DNA of 64,000 nt from Poseidonia sp. (GTDB lineage: Archaea > Thermoplasmatota > Poseidoniia > Poseidoniales > Poseidoniaceae). Of this stretch, positions 30,359-40,586 are shown one piece after another. Each line of letters begins with the position of its first letter. Position 1 is the stretch's first letter. The stretch covers positions 133,788 through 197,787 of the forward strand of contig CBFIDD010000004.1 of NCBI GenBank assembly GCA_965661285.1, given 5' to 3'. The notes under the pieces were generated by a model. It was given only the letters and a program-made list of their open reading frames with translations. It had not been told where the DNA came from and searched no databases. The translations under genes were made by a program, and so were the position numbers.

Positions 30359-31228
30359 GTGAAGCACATGCAGGAGACAGCCGGAGATTTGCTTTCCACG
30401 CTCCGTCACCTCTATCCGAACTCGAGCACCACGACCCTTCGGAAAATGCTCACACAGGGGCGCGTGCTGGTCAACGACACGGTCGTCCACCGCGCCAAAC
30501 ACCCGCTCCGAGAGGGGGATGAGATCGAAGTCCTTCAGCGGCAGCGCGCCGAAGAGAGAACGCCTCCACCCAAGGCCAAATCTGGCGTTGAACTCGATGT
30601 GTTGTTTGAAGACGATACGCTCTTGGTGGTCAACAAACCGCATCAACTCCTCTCGGTGGCCACGGACCGACTCGAGGAGGATACCCTTCACAGTCGCTGC
30701 GTGGACTACCTCCGTTGGTCGGACGAAAAGGCGTGGTGTTACATCGTTCATCGTCTCGACAAAGCCACGTCCGGCATCATGGTTATGGCAAAATCAAAGC
30801 GAGCGAAGCGAGACCTTCAGGAACAATTCCTGGAGCGAACCGTTCATCGCACCTACCACGCCAAGGTCGAGGGAACACCGCACCCTTCGTCGGGAACGGT
30901 ACGTACTTGGTTGCTTGAAGATAAGCACCTCAACATCAAAGCGGTAAACAAAAACCACCCTCAGGGAAAGGAAGCGATTTCGCACTATCATGTGGTTGCA
31001 ACCAGTGGCGAGGTCAGTTCGGTGGAGATCTCTATTGAGACCGGGCGGCGACATCAAATTCGGATGGCCATGCAGCATCTTGGTACGCCTGTGGTCGGTG
31101 ATGAGCGGCACGGGGCCACCACAAATCCTCACAAACGCATCATGCTTCACGCTCTTGCTCTCGAATTTCTTCATCCCGCAAACGACGATCCTGTTCGTTT
31201 TGAAGCACCCCTCCCGCGAGGATTTTGA
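30359..31228 (+). CDS. RluA family pseudouridine synthase with S4-like domain
   Basis: VVNKP, HRLDKATSG, TGRRHQIR and LHA motifs. Confidence 0.93.
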   Translation: MKHMQETAGDLLSTLRHLYPNSSTTTLRKMLTQGRVLVNDTVVHRAKHPLREGDEIEVLQRQRAEERTPPPKAKSGVELDVLFEDDTLLVVNKPHQLLSVATDRLEEDTLHSRCVDYLRWSDEKAWCYIVHRLDKATSGIMVMAKSKRAKRDLQEQFLERTVHRTYHAKVEGTPHPSSGTVRTWLLEDKHLNIKAVNKNHPQGKEAISHYHVVATSGEVSSVEISIETGRRHQIRMAMQHLGTPVVGDERHGATTNPHKRIMLHALALEFLHPANDDPVRFEAPLPRGF

Positions 31229-31311
31229 ATCCGAACCCGGTGCAGACGCTCGATTGAACGGCGCTTCTCGAAATCCAAGTGGATTTCGGGTGTTGCGAAC
31301 ACATGGAGGGT

Positions 31312-31446
31312 TCAATCAATTTGGAAGCCCATGGCCAGACAGTCTTCGCATTCTTCGACGTGGTTGGTGCCGATGTCTTCGACTCGACCGCATCGCAAGC
31401 AACAGCGTTGGGGCGCGAAAATGGGGTTCAGTACTGGAGGTTCCAC
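31312..31446 (-). CDS. Possible 44-aa zinc-finger microprotein
   Basis: GTG-started ORF with CLRCG...CEDC in an otherwise empty intergenic gap. Confidence 0.35.
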   Translation of the reverse strand: MEPPVLNPIFAPQRCCLRCGRVEDIGTNHVEECEDCLAMGFQID

Positions 31447-31624
31447 AGAGGCGAAATTTCCGTATCCGATATCAACCCTTGTTCTTTGTTGCAGCGGCGC
31501 AGTACTTCGTTTTTGGTAAGAATAGAACCGCGAATATATCAGCGAACACACAGAATCATGGTCGCATTGGCAAAAGCACGACTTGAAGAACTGTTGACCG
31601 TCCCTTGCCACTGGAGCGTTCGCG

Positions 31625-34561
31625 ATGTCGGTTGGCCAGGACGGTTGGATTGAGGTCAAGGGTGCGCGTACCCACAATCTCAAAGACATCTCTGTTGAAC
31701 TTCCAAAAGGCCAGTTCGTCGTGATATCGGGCGTGTCCGGTTCGGGAAAATCCAGCCTCGCTTTTGACACCCTCTATGCAGAGGGCCAACGCAGGTATGT
31801 CGAGAGCCTTTCTTCCTATGCTCGGCAATTTATCGGCCAAATGAAAAAAGCCGATTGTGATTCGATCGAAGGCCTCTCGCCTGCTATCTCCATTGACCAA
31901 AAACAAGGGAGCCATAACCCCCGTTCGACGGTCGCAACGGTTACAGAAATCCAGGACTATCTTCGTCTCTTGTGGGCGAGGATTGGGAAACCCCACTGTC
32001 CGACGTGCGGCAAAGAGGTGGCTCGTCGAACCGTACAAGAGATCGTGGACGACATTTTCTGGCGGATGGAAGGCCACGGCGTCGCCGTGTGGAGCCCTGT
32101 GGTACGTGCCCGCAAAGGCACACATGCAGAGCTTTTCCGACAGTTGGTTGAACAGGGTTACCTCAACGGGCGCGTTAACGGTCACGAGACGTCGTTTGAG
32201 GAACCACCGACGTTGGACAAAACATTCCGTCACGACATCGATGTCCGCATTGACCGTTTGCGTTGTACTCGGGACCGGAAACAGCGCTTGACCGAAGCAG
32301 TGGAAGGTGCGCTTCGCTTGGGTGGCGGCACGTTGGCGGTGGAAAGTCTTGAAGCACCAAAGGACACGGAAACACTGAGCAAAAATTCCCACGCTCACCT
32401 CACCGAACAAGGCCAAACCATTGCGTGGTCGGAAGATTTCGCATGTCCGGACCACGGCGCCTTCATGCCCGAACTTTCTCCCAGAGTGTTTTCATTTAAC
32501 TCCCCGCTTGGTGCATGTGGCACCTGTCAAGGGCTTGGCGTTCAGCGCCAATTCAACGTCGACCTCATCGTTGACGGAAACATGAGCGTCTCAAACGGTT
32601 GCGTTATCCCGTGGCGGCAGTCAATGTCACCGTCTTGGTATCGGAAGTTGCTGGAATGCACCTGTGCGCACTACAACATCTCAACCACCCTTCCGTTTGA
32701 GATGCTTGACGAAGACGAGAAGGATATCCTTCTCTACGGGTCCGGCTCGACGGTTATTCACTACGAATTCACGTCTGAAAACGGCTCGCAATACAAGTAC
32801 AGCAAGCCATGGGAGGGGATCATCCCTCGTCTCGAAAAGACCTATGCAGAGACGACTTCGGAGCGAACGAGAAATCGCCTCATCGCCTCGATGACCGACC
32901 TGGATTGTCCTGCATGCGGTGGCGAGAAATTGAACGATGCTGCCCGGTACGTTACCGTCGGCGGCATTCGGCTTCCCGAGGTGAGCGCCTGTTCGGTACA
33001 CGATGCGCTTGGGCTCGTTCGGGCTTGGAACCCGGAGGGCGAAGGGCCCCCTGCAGCCTTCCAAGATCTTCTCGAAACCCTTGACGAGCGGAGCATGTTC
33101 ATCGGTTCTGAAATCATTAAAGAAATTGAAGGTCGACTCGGTTTCTTGGACAGTGTCGGGTTGGACTATCTTACGCTCGACCGGAAAGCCAACACCCTCT
33201 CTGGTGGAGAAAGTCAGCGGATTCGCCTTGCAACACAAATCGGCAGCCGTCTGACCGGTGTCATGTACGTGCTTGACGAGCCGTCCATCGGTCTTCATCA
33301 ACGCGACAACGACCGTTTGCTGAAGACGCTGCGCGAACTGAGCGATTTGGGGAATACCTTGCTCGTCGTAGAGCACGACGAGGATACGCTTCGCCAAGCA
33401 GACTGGCTTTGCGACCTCGGCCCGGGAGCCGGTCTTGAGGGCGGTGAAGTGGTGGCCAACGGCACACCCGAAGAGGTCATGGCTTCTGAGCACTCCATCA
33501 CGGGGGCGTATTTGAGCGGACGACGAAGCATACCCTGGCCTGAAGAACGCGTTGCGCCCGGAAAACGCCACCTTACGGTCAAAGGCGCACAGCACAACAA
33601 CCTCCAGAACATCAATGCCGCCTTTCCCATTGGATGCATGACGGCCGTTACGGGCGTTTCAGGGTCAGGGAAGTCCTCGCTGGTTTCGGGAATTCTCGCA
33701 CCAGCACTCCAGCGACACGTCCATCGGGCCGAAGTCGTACCCGGTCGTCATCAAGGCCTTGAAGGCGTGGAACATGTTGACAAGACGATCATCATCGACC
33801 AGTCACCGATTGGGCGAACGCCGCGGTCAAACCCTGCAACGTACACGAAAGTGTTTGACGAAATTCGGAGCTTGTTTGCCAACACGAAACTCTCGAAAGA
33901 GCGAGGCTACAAGCCGGGGCAATTCAGTTTCAACGTCAAAGGCGGTCGCTGCGAAGCCTGTCGCGGGGGCGGTTCCATCAAATTGGAAATGAATTTCTTG
34001 CCCGATGTGTGGATCACGTGCGATATTTGCAATGGAAAACGTTACACGCGGGAGTGCCTCGAGGTTGAGTGGCGTGGAAAAAACATCTACGATGTCCTCG
34101 AAATGCCGGTTTCTGAAGCGGTTGATTTTTTCAAAAATCATCGTAAAATCCACCGGACATTGGAGACGTTGAACGCCGTAGGCCTCGGCTATATCCGTCT
34201 TGGCCAACCGGCAACCACCCTCTCGGGTGGCGAAGCCCAGCGCGTAAAATTAGCAAGTGAGTTGAGGCGAATGCCCAACAAGCACACCGTATACATTTTG
34301 GATGAACCCACAACAGGATTGTCCTTCAGTGATGTGGCCAAACTCATCAACGTCCTGCATCAACTTCGCGACAAAGGCCACACGATGATCATCATTGAGC
34401 ATCATTTGGACGTCGTGAAATCCTGTGACTGGGTCATCGATCTGGGGCCAGAGGGCGGGGAACGTGGCGGGCAGGTCATCGCCGTCGGGACACCAGAAGA
34501 CGTGGCGAAGGCCAAGGAAAGCGCCACAGGGCAATTCTTGGCAAAGATGCTGAAAAAGTGA
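31625..34561 (+). CDS. uvrA: Excinuclease ABC subunit A
   Basis: Two [10 protein letters not shown] Walker A motifs, zinc fingers, LSGGE..RI/VKLA and LDEP motifs. Confidence 0.98.
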   Translation: MSVGQDGWIEVKGARTHNLKDISVELPKGQFVVISGVSGSGKSSLAFDTLYAEGQRRYVESLSSYARQFIGQMKKADCDSIEGLSPAISIDQKQGSHNPRSTVATVTEIQDYLRLLWARIGKPHCPTCGKEVARRTVQEIVDDIFWRMEGHGVAVWSPVVRARKGTHAELFRQLVEQGYLNGRVNGHETSFEEPPTLDKTFRHDIDVRIDRLRCTRDRKQRLTEAVEGALRLGGGTLAVESLEAPKDTETLSKNSHAHLTEQGQTIAWSEDFACPDHGAFMPELSPRVFSFNSPLGACGTCQGLGVQRQFNVDLIVDGNMSVSNGCVIPWRQSMSPSWYRKLLECTCAHYNISTTLPFEMLDEDEKDILLYGSGSTVIHYEFTSENGSQYKYSKPWEGIIPRLEKTYAETTSERTRNRLIASMTDLDCPACGGEKLNDAARYVTVGGIRLPEVSACSVHDALGLVRAWNPEGEGPPAAFQDLLETLDERSMFIGSEIIKEIEGRLGFLDSVGLDYLTLDRKANTLSGGESQRIRLATQIGSRLTGVMYVLDEPSIGLHQRDNDRLLKTLRELSDLGNTLLVVEHDEDTLRQADWLCDLGPGAGLEGGEVVANGTPEEVMASEHSITGAYLSGRRSIPWPEERVAPGKRHLTVKGAQHNNLQNINAAFPIGCMTAVTGVSGSGKSSLVSGILAPALQRHVHRAEVVPGRHQGLEGVEHVDKTIIIDQSPIGRTPRSNPATYTKVFDEIRSLFANTKLSKERGYKPGQFSFNVKGGRCEACRGGGSIKLEMNFLPDVWITCDICNGKRYTRECLEVEWRGKNIYDVLEMPVSEAVDFFKNHRKIHRTLETLNAVGLGYIRLGQPATTLSGGEAQRVKLASELRRMPNKHTVYILDEPTTGLSFSDVAKLINVLHQLRDKGHTMIIIEHHLDVVKSCDWVIDLGPEGGERGGQVIAVGTPEDVAKAKESATGQFLAKMLKK

Positions 34562-34624
34562 AGGCGCAGACTACAAAGAGCGCATGGAACAACCTCCCCT
34601 TGTCCAACGGACGAGGTGACCGGT

Positions 34625-37600
34625 ATGCCGATGACACGTGTCGAAGTCACACCACGTCAAGGCGAAGGAATGCGCGATGTTCGAGGGGATGTTGTCCGCC
34701 GCCAACTCATGGCGGACCACAACGTTGCTGTTGCCAACGTGCGTTCCATTTGTGGCTACCTCATCAGCGGCGAAACAGCTTCCTCCGCCATTGCAGAGCG
34801 TGTAGACGACCTCTTTGCCGACCCCATTATCGAAATCGGTGCAACGAACACGTCCATGTTGGCGACGCCGACCTTTGGTGACGTCCCGGAAACGGTCATC
34901 ACGGTGGGCTTCAAACCCGGGGTGACCGACAACCCGGGTAAGGCGGCAACCGACGGGTTCCTGACGCTTTTCCCAGACGACAGGGATGCGAACATTGCGA
35001 CCTACACCACCTATGTGTTCTACGGGTTGCCGGCGGATTGCGACGCCACGTGGCTTGCTGGCACGCTCCACAACGGTTTGATTGAGCGGGCCCTTATCGG
35101 CGACCGCCAAGCGTGCGCAAACCAGGCATGGCCGGAATTGATGTTCCCCACGCCTCCCGAACAGGTCTTCATTGAGCCCCAAGCCGTTGACCTCGAATGC
35201 GATGATGCAACCCTCGAAGAGATTTCCACCACCGGGTTGCTCGCTCTCAACTTGAACGAAATGCACGCCATTCAGGCTCACTACCGGGACGAAACGGTGC
35301 GCCAACAACGCATCGAGATGGGAATTTCCCCCAGCGCTCCAACCGATGTTGAACTGGAATGTTTGGCTCAGACATGGAGCGAACACTGCAAACACAAAAT
35401 CTTCGCATCCCGCATTCACCATGTTGACCATGAAACCGGCGAAGACACCGTGGTGGATTCTCTGTTCAAAACCCACATCATGAAACCCACCCACGATATG
35501 CAAAACGAGGTGGACTGGCTCCTTTCCGTCTTCCATGACAACTCTGGCGTCATTGCGTGGGACGACCGATGGAGCGTCTGCATGAAAGCCGAGACGCACA
35601 ATTCACCCTCGGCTCTCGACCCCTACGGTGGCGCCATGACCGGTATCGTAGGCGTCAACCGAGACATCCTCGGAACTGGACTCGGGGCTCGCCCCATTGC
35701 CAACACCGACGTGTTCTGTTTTGGCCCGCCCGACTGGGAAGGCGAACTCCCGGACAATCTCTTTCATCCTTCGCGCGTCCTTCGCGGCGTTCACGCTGGC
35801 GTTCGTGTGGGTGGAAACGAATCTGGCATACCCACGGTGAACGGGGCGATCGTGTTTGACGACCGCTACATCGGCAAGCCGTTGGTGTACTGCGGTACGG
35901 TTGGTATCATGCCGCGGGAACTCCCGGACGGACGTCCGTCGCACATCAAAACACCCGTTTCGGGCGATATTGTCTACATGGTTGGGGGCCGTGTTGGCTA
36001 CGACGGCATCCACGGTGCTACGTTTTCTTCGCTTGAACTCACCGAGGAATCACCTTCCAGTGCGGTACAAATCGGCGACCCCATCACGCAGAAGAAAATG
36101 CTTGACATGGTCCTCGAGGCTCGCGATGCGGGCCTCATCACATGCATCACCGACAACGGCGCAGGCGGCCTTTCGTCTTCCATTGGCGAAATGGCAGAAT
36201 ACACGAACGGTTGTGAAATCGACCTCGCCACCGTCCCGCTCAAACAAGCAGGGCTTTCACCGTGGGAAATTTTGGTATCCGAAAGCCAAGAACGCATGAC
36301 CATCGCGGTCAAGCCAGAAGACCAAGCTGCCTTTGAAGCGCTTGCTGCCCTCCATGAAGTCGAAGCAACGGCCGTAGCGACCTTCACTTCCACCGGTATG
36401 TTTCATGTTCGCTATGGCGAGACCACCGTGGCTTACCTCCCTATTGAATTCCTTCACGACGGCGTCCCTCAACTGCAATTGGAATCGGAATGGCGACCGC
36501 CCGAACTTCCAACCTTTGTTCCACCAGCCAAAGCCAACCATACCGACCTCCTCCGCGGTATGCTGCAACGACCCAACATCGCCAGCAAGGAAACTTGGGT
36601 TCGCCAATACGACCACGAGGTCATCGCTCAAACCGCCATCAAACCCTTTGTTGGCGTAGAGCGAGATGGACCGGGCGATGCAGGGGTCATCGCACCGATT
36701 CACGGCGACCCGCACGGGCTCGTCATCTCCTGCGGCATCGCTCCCCGTTATTCGGACATTGATGCCGGCGCCATGGCGGCCGCCAGTATTGATGAAGCGG
36801 TTCGAAATGCTGTTTGTGTTGGACTGGACGTGGATAAGATGGCCGGGCTGGACAATTTTTGTTGGCCCGACCCGATAGAATCCACGAAAACACCGGACGG
36901 TCGTTTCAAACTTGCACAACTCGTTCGTGCCAACCGTGAGTTGGAGCGCGTCTGCAGAGCCTATCGCCTTCCATGCGTGAGCGGTAAGGACTCCATGAAA
37001 AACGACTACGGGACGGGGCCTGACAAGATCTCCATTCCACCCACGCTGTTGTTCTCGCTTTTCGGCGACCACCCTGACGTGCGGAAGAGCGCTACGAGCG
37101 ATTTCAAAACTGCAGGCGACAAAATCTACCTCGTCGGGCGATCAAAACAAGAACTCGGCGCCGCAGAACTGGCGTTTATGCTGACTGAAAGCGGTCAGGC
37201 CGAAGGCGTTGGGGGGAATGTCCCGTTGCTTCCACATCCCGAACAAAACCTCGCCACCTACAGGGCGCTGTCCCAAACCATTCGAGATGGCCTGGTTCGC
37301 ACAGCTCACGACTGTAGCGAAGGCGGCCTTGCCGTGGCGATAGCCGAGATGTGCATCGGTGGGCGCATCGGCGCCACCGTCGACATCGACGGTACGGGGC
37401 CCGGTGATGTTTGGGGCCGATTGTGGGGCGAGTCGCTTGGGCGAATCGTCGTGGCGGTTCCAGAGGAGCACGAAGCAGCCTTCCTTTCTGCAATGAAGGG
37501 ACATCCAACCACGGTCCTTGGTGAGGTCACCGACAGAAACGCCATGACCATCACCGATGGCGATGACGACCTCATCGGTCTTGATGTTGACACGATGGCA

Positions 37601-37645
37601 GCGCTTTGGAAAGGCACCTTGGATTTGACGGGAGGTGTGGTGTGA
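34625..37645 (+). CDS. purL: Phosphoribosylformylglycinamidine synthase PurL with N-terminal PurS-like domains
   Basis: QTWSEHCKH, KAETHNSPS, DNGAGG, ESQERM, SGKDS and HDCSEGG; GAGGTGA Shine-Dalgarno upstream. Confidence 0.95.
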   Translation: MPMTRVEVTPRQGEGMRDVRGDVVRRQLMADHNVAVANVRSICGYLISGETASSAIAERVDDLFADPIIEIGATNTSMLATPTFGDVPETVITVGFKPGVTDNPGKAATDGFLTLFPDDRDANIATYTTYVFYGLPADCDATWLAGTLHNGLIERALIGDRQACANQAWPELMFPTPPEQVFIEPQAVDLECDDATLEEISTTGLLALNLNEMHAIQAHYRDETVRQQRIEMGISPSAPTDVELECLAQTWSEHCKHKIFASRIHHVDHETGEDTVVDSLFKTHIMKPTHDMQNEVDWLLSVFHDNSGVIAWDDRWSVCMKAETHNSPSALDPYGGAMTGIVGVNRDILGTGLGARPIANTDVFCFGPPDWEGELPDNLFHPSRVLRGVHAGVRVGGNESGIPTVNGAIVFDDRYIGKPLVYCGTVGIMPRELPDGRPSHIKTPVSGDIVYMVGGRVGYDGIHGATFSSLELTEESPSSAVQIGDPITQKKMLDMVLEARDAGLITCITDNGAGGLSSSIGEMAEYTNGCEIDLATVPLKQAGLSPWEILVSESQERMTIAVKPEDQAAFEALAALHEVEATAVATFTSTGMFHVRYGETTVAYLPIEFLHDGVPQLQLESEWRPPELPTFVPPAKANHTDLLRGMLQRPNIASKETWVRQYDHEVIAQTAIKPFVGVERDGPGDAGVIAPIHGDPHGLVISCGIAPRYSDIDAGAMAAASIDEAVRNAVCVGLDVDKMAGLDNFCWPDPIESTKTPDGRFKLAQLVRANRELERVCRAYRLPCVSGKDSMKNDYGTGPDKISIPPTLLFSLFGDHPDVRKSATSDFKTAGDKIYLVGRSKQELGAAELAFMLTESGQAEGVGGNVPLLPHPEQNLATYRALSQTIRDGLVRTAHDCSEGGLAVAIAEMCIGGRIGATVDIDGTGPGDVWGRLWGESLGRIVVAVPEEHEAAFLSAMKGHPTTVLGEVTDRNAMTITDGDDDLIGLDVDTMAALWKGTLDLTGGVV

Positions 37646-38487
37646 TGACGCCTCGTGTCGCCGTACTGTTTGGGTTTGGCATCAATTGCGACCACGAAAC
37701 AAAAGCCGTTTTCGAACTGGTTGGTGCAATGGCAGACCGTCTTCACGTGAATCGCCTCATCGCAGGCGATGCACAACTTGAGGCGTACGATATTCTGGCT
37801 GTTCCAGGTGGATTTTCTTTTGGCGACCACCTCGGCAGTGGACGGTTGCTCGGAAACCGAATGCGCTTTGCTATGCGAGATGCGTTGCAAGCCTTTGTTG
37901 AGGCTGGAAAACCCATCATCGGCATATGCAATGGTTTCCAAGTCCTCGTCAAAACAGGACTTCTCCCAGGTCCAGAGGCTGGACAATCACCCGACTTTGT
38001 TCAACGGGGCAGCTTAACCCTCAACGACAGCGGACGGTACGAAGACCGTTGGGTGACGCTTGAATTTGACCCGGACAGCCCGTGCATTTGGACCAAAGGC
38101 ATGACTCGAATGGAATGTCCGGTGCGACACGGTGAAGGAAAGTACGTCATGCCATCAAGCGAAGATTTGGACCGCCTCGAAGCCAATCACCAATTGACCG
38201 TCCGCTACGTTGACCCGGGCACTTCAACTGGAGAAGGCATGACCAACCAACCACTTCCCTATCCAATCAGTCCAAACGGTAGCATGAGAAACATTGCTGG
38301 AATTTGCGACGCAACAGGCCTTGTGTTTGGCCTTATGCCTCACCCCGAAGCGATCTACGCCAGATGGCTGCATCCAACACACACACGCCAAGGCGACGAA
38401 CACGCCTCTGGCACACTGGACGGTTGGGAGGGCGAAGGACTGCAACTCTTCCGAAATGCAGTGGAGTACGTCAAACAACGTTCTTGA
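37645..38487 (+). CDS. purQ: FGAM synthase glutaminase subunit
   Basis: GINCD.E, PGGFSFGD, GICNGFQ and MPHPE; start overlaps the purL stop. Confidence 0.96.
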   Translation: MTPRVAVLFGFGINCDHETKAVFELVGAMADRLHVNRLIAGDAQLEAYDILAVPGGFSFGDHLGSGRLLGNRMRFAMRDALQAFVEAGKPIIGICNGFQVLVKTGLLPGPEAGQSPDFVQRGSLTLNDSGRYEDRWVTLEFDPDSPCIWTKGMTRMECPVRHGEGKYVMPSSEDLDRLEANHQLTVRYVDPGTSTGEGMTNQPLPYPISPNGSMRNIAGICDATGLVFGLMPHPEAIYARWLHPTHTRQGDEHASGTLDGWEGEGLQLFRNAVEYVKQRS

Positions 38488-38496
38488 GTGTCGATC

Positions 38497-39549
38497 ATGA
38501 ATAGCGAGAACCGAATCGTTCACATCGACGGTTTACGGGGTCTTGCAGTTCTGCTCATGGTGCTTGTTCACGCAGCAGCCACGTGGGAGCCCGAACTGTC
38601 AGGGCCGTGGCTGTTTTTTGGTGTCGTCGTGTCTGGAGCAGGCGGACTTGCCGCCCCACTCTTTGTTGCACTGCTCGGGTGGGGTATGGCACAGAAATCG
38701 CTTCCCGTCTCCAAACGCATCTGGAGAGCGGGTTTTCTCTTCCTTTGCCAGTTCTTGGTGAACCTTAGCGCTCCGCATCTTTTCGAACCATGGACACCTG
38801 GGGTGCTTTCATTGATGGGGGCACTTGTTCTTCTTGAACCGGCGTGGCGGAGGGTCTGTGATCGCTTGGGCGACCTCAGGAAAGCGTTTGCGATCGCCTT
38901 TGCAGGGGTCGTAGGCCTAACGTTCATTCTTTCACCGTGGCAGGGGCCATCGGCGTGGGATCCTCGTGTTTCAACCGAAACTGCGGTGATGTTTCTTCAG
39001 CACATGACCATAACAGGCCTCTACCCAGTCTTTCCCTGGGTGGTTTTTGCCTGGTTTGGCCATCTTGTCGCTTCGATGAAGGACCGGAACTTGAGAGAGC
39101 GTTGGCTGTGGAGGTCAACCGTTGTCGGGTTGCTTCTCTCGGCCGCTGTTCTTCTTCGCAGCTTAGAACAGGGACGTCAGTGGGCCCTCCCCACAGGGGA
39201 TGCGGCGTTGACGTTCTTTCCCGCCAACGGTGCCTTTCTGATCGCAGCACTCACGGGCGTGAGTCTGCTGTGGTGGGTTGCAGAGCGCTTCCCACTCACC
39301 GATCGTCTGGCCGACCTTGGTCGAGTTTCCCTGACCGTCTACGTGTTTCACTTTCTTCCGTTCACCGTTTTTCATGCGTACGATGACATCCATCGGTGGA
39401 ACCCAGCATTGACCGTCTTGGTCGTTGTGTTCTACACAATGGCCTGGTCCCTTGTGGGTACTTGGTTGTCTCGGCGTACGCAGCCCATCACGCTGGAAGC
39501 GTGGATGAAGCGACTTGAACCTTCGTCGTATCGTGAACAGACCGACTGA
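38497..39549 (+). CDS. Membrane protein of the DUF1624/HGSNAT-like acyltransferase group
   Basis: RI..IDGLRGLAVLLMVLVH, YPVFPW and G..SL..Y..H motifs. Confidence 0.75.
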   Translation: MNSENRIVHIDGLRGLAVLLMVLVHAAATWEPELSGPWLFFGVVVSGAGGLAAPLFVALLGWGMAQKSLPVSKRIWRAGFLFLCQFLVNLSAPHLFEPWTPGVLSLMGALVLLEPAWRRVCDRLGDLRKAFAIAFAGVVGLTFILSPWQGPSAWDPRVSTETAVMFLQHMTITGLYPVFPWVVFAWFGHLVASMKDRNLRERWLWRSTVVGLLLSAAVLLRSLEQGRQWALPTGDAALTFFPANGAFLIAALTGVSLLWWVAERFPLTDRLADLGRVSLTVYVFHFLPFTVFHAYDDIHRWNPALTVLVVVFYTMAWSLVGTWLSRRTQPITLEAWMKRLEPSSYREQTD

Positions 39550-39602
39550 GTCCTCCACCTTCGTTGGGCTATCACGGGACGTGATGGTCCTACCCGGGAG
39601 AA

Positions 39603-39628
39603 ACGGGGCGGCCGAGGCCACCCCGCTT
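39603..39628. terminator. GC-rich hairpin between convergent genes, downstream of the rhodopsin
   Basis: CGGGGCGGCC-GA-GGCCACCCCG inverted repeat with one mismatch. Confidence 0.45.
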
Positions 39629-39655
39629 CAGGGGGTTGGAGAACCTGGTTTGGTT

Positions 39656-40504
39656 TCACTCAGCAGCTGCCAAGGCTTCGGTAGCCTTCTTGGCACCCAT
39701 CCATGCAACGACACCGAAACCAATCTTGTTGATGATGTCAGCGATGTTGTAGAGGATAGCCATGATTTCTGCATCGACAGCGTCGGGCAGAATGTCAGCG
39801 GTTGGGTTGAACAAGTAGCCGAGGGGGTAGATGATCCAGCCAACGCAGATGAACCAGCGTAGGGCGTTGGTACTCCACATGAGCTCAGGGGCAATCTTGC
39901 TGTTGTCGACACCCCTACCAGAGGACCAGGGGGTACCGGTAGCCACGATGATCATGGCCCAGCCGACTCCACCAAGGACGAGGCCAGCAATACCAGGGAT
40001 AGCCCCGGATTCGCCGAGGTAGCCGAATCCAATCATGATGAGGGCGCCGGTGAAACAGATGCCAGTGAAGCCCAGTCCAGCGACCTTGTCGTCGGTGATG
40101 GCGTCCTTGCCCACGAGGGACGGAAACTTGAGGGCCATCAACGGAACGGTGATGATCCAGTCCATGTAGCGGTACTCAATGGAAACGGTACCGAGGTCGG
40201 TGTAGACACCGCGCATGTAGTAGTAGTGGAAGGCAGCGATACCGACGATCAGGGCCGAGATGGTCATGGTCGTTCGGTATTGTGGCGCCACGGAGTTGCG
40301 CTCTGCCATGAAGAAGACAAAGGCGGCACCCATGGAGATGTAGCCGACGAAGAAGAGGAAGAACGTGATGAGACCGAGGGTATCATCAGCATACTTCGCC
40401 GAGGGGTCGACGATTTCCGCAGCACTGACCGTTCCGGCCATCGCAAGGGCAAATGTGGCAATCAAAAGCAGGCTCGTTGTTTTCGAGAATTTTTCAGTTT
40501 TCAT
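39656..40504 (-). CDS. Proteorhodopsin-like proton pump (archaeal clade-B type, DTK motif)
   Basis: Signal peptide; AAFHYYYMR (His75 equivalent); RYMDWIITVPLMALKF; retinal Lys in ADIINKIGFG; TTTATATA box upstream. Confidence 0.93.
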   Translation of the reverse strand: MKTEKFSKTTSLLLIATFALAMAGTVSAAEIVDPSAKYADDTLGLITFFLFFVGYISMGAAFVFFMAERNSVAPQYRTTMTISALIVGIAAFHYYYMRGVYTDLGTVSIEYRYMDWIITVPLMALKFPSLVGKDAITDDKVAGLGFTGICFTGALIMIGFGYLGESGAIPGIAGLVLGGVGWAMIIVATGTPWSSGRGVDNSKIAPELMWSTNALRWFICVGWIIYPLGYLFNPTADILPDAVDAEIMAILYNIADIINKIGFGVVAWMGAKKATEALAAAE

Positions 40505-40586
40505 GGTTCTCAAACCGATGACCTAACGATTCAGTATATAAATGGGTGTATTTTTGCTAAGTTTCGCGCGTGGATTTTAACGATTT

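Noticed and set aside
39656-40504. Carotenoid-antenna fenestration in the rhodopsin
   Set aside because: By-eye alignment of helix E (IAGLVLGGVGW) puts Leu, not Gly, at the xanthorhodopsin G156-equivalent position. A one-residue shift would change this, so I do not claim it.
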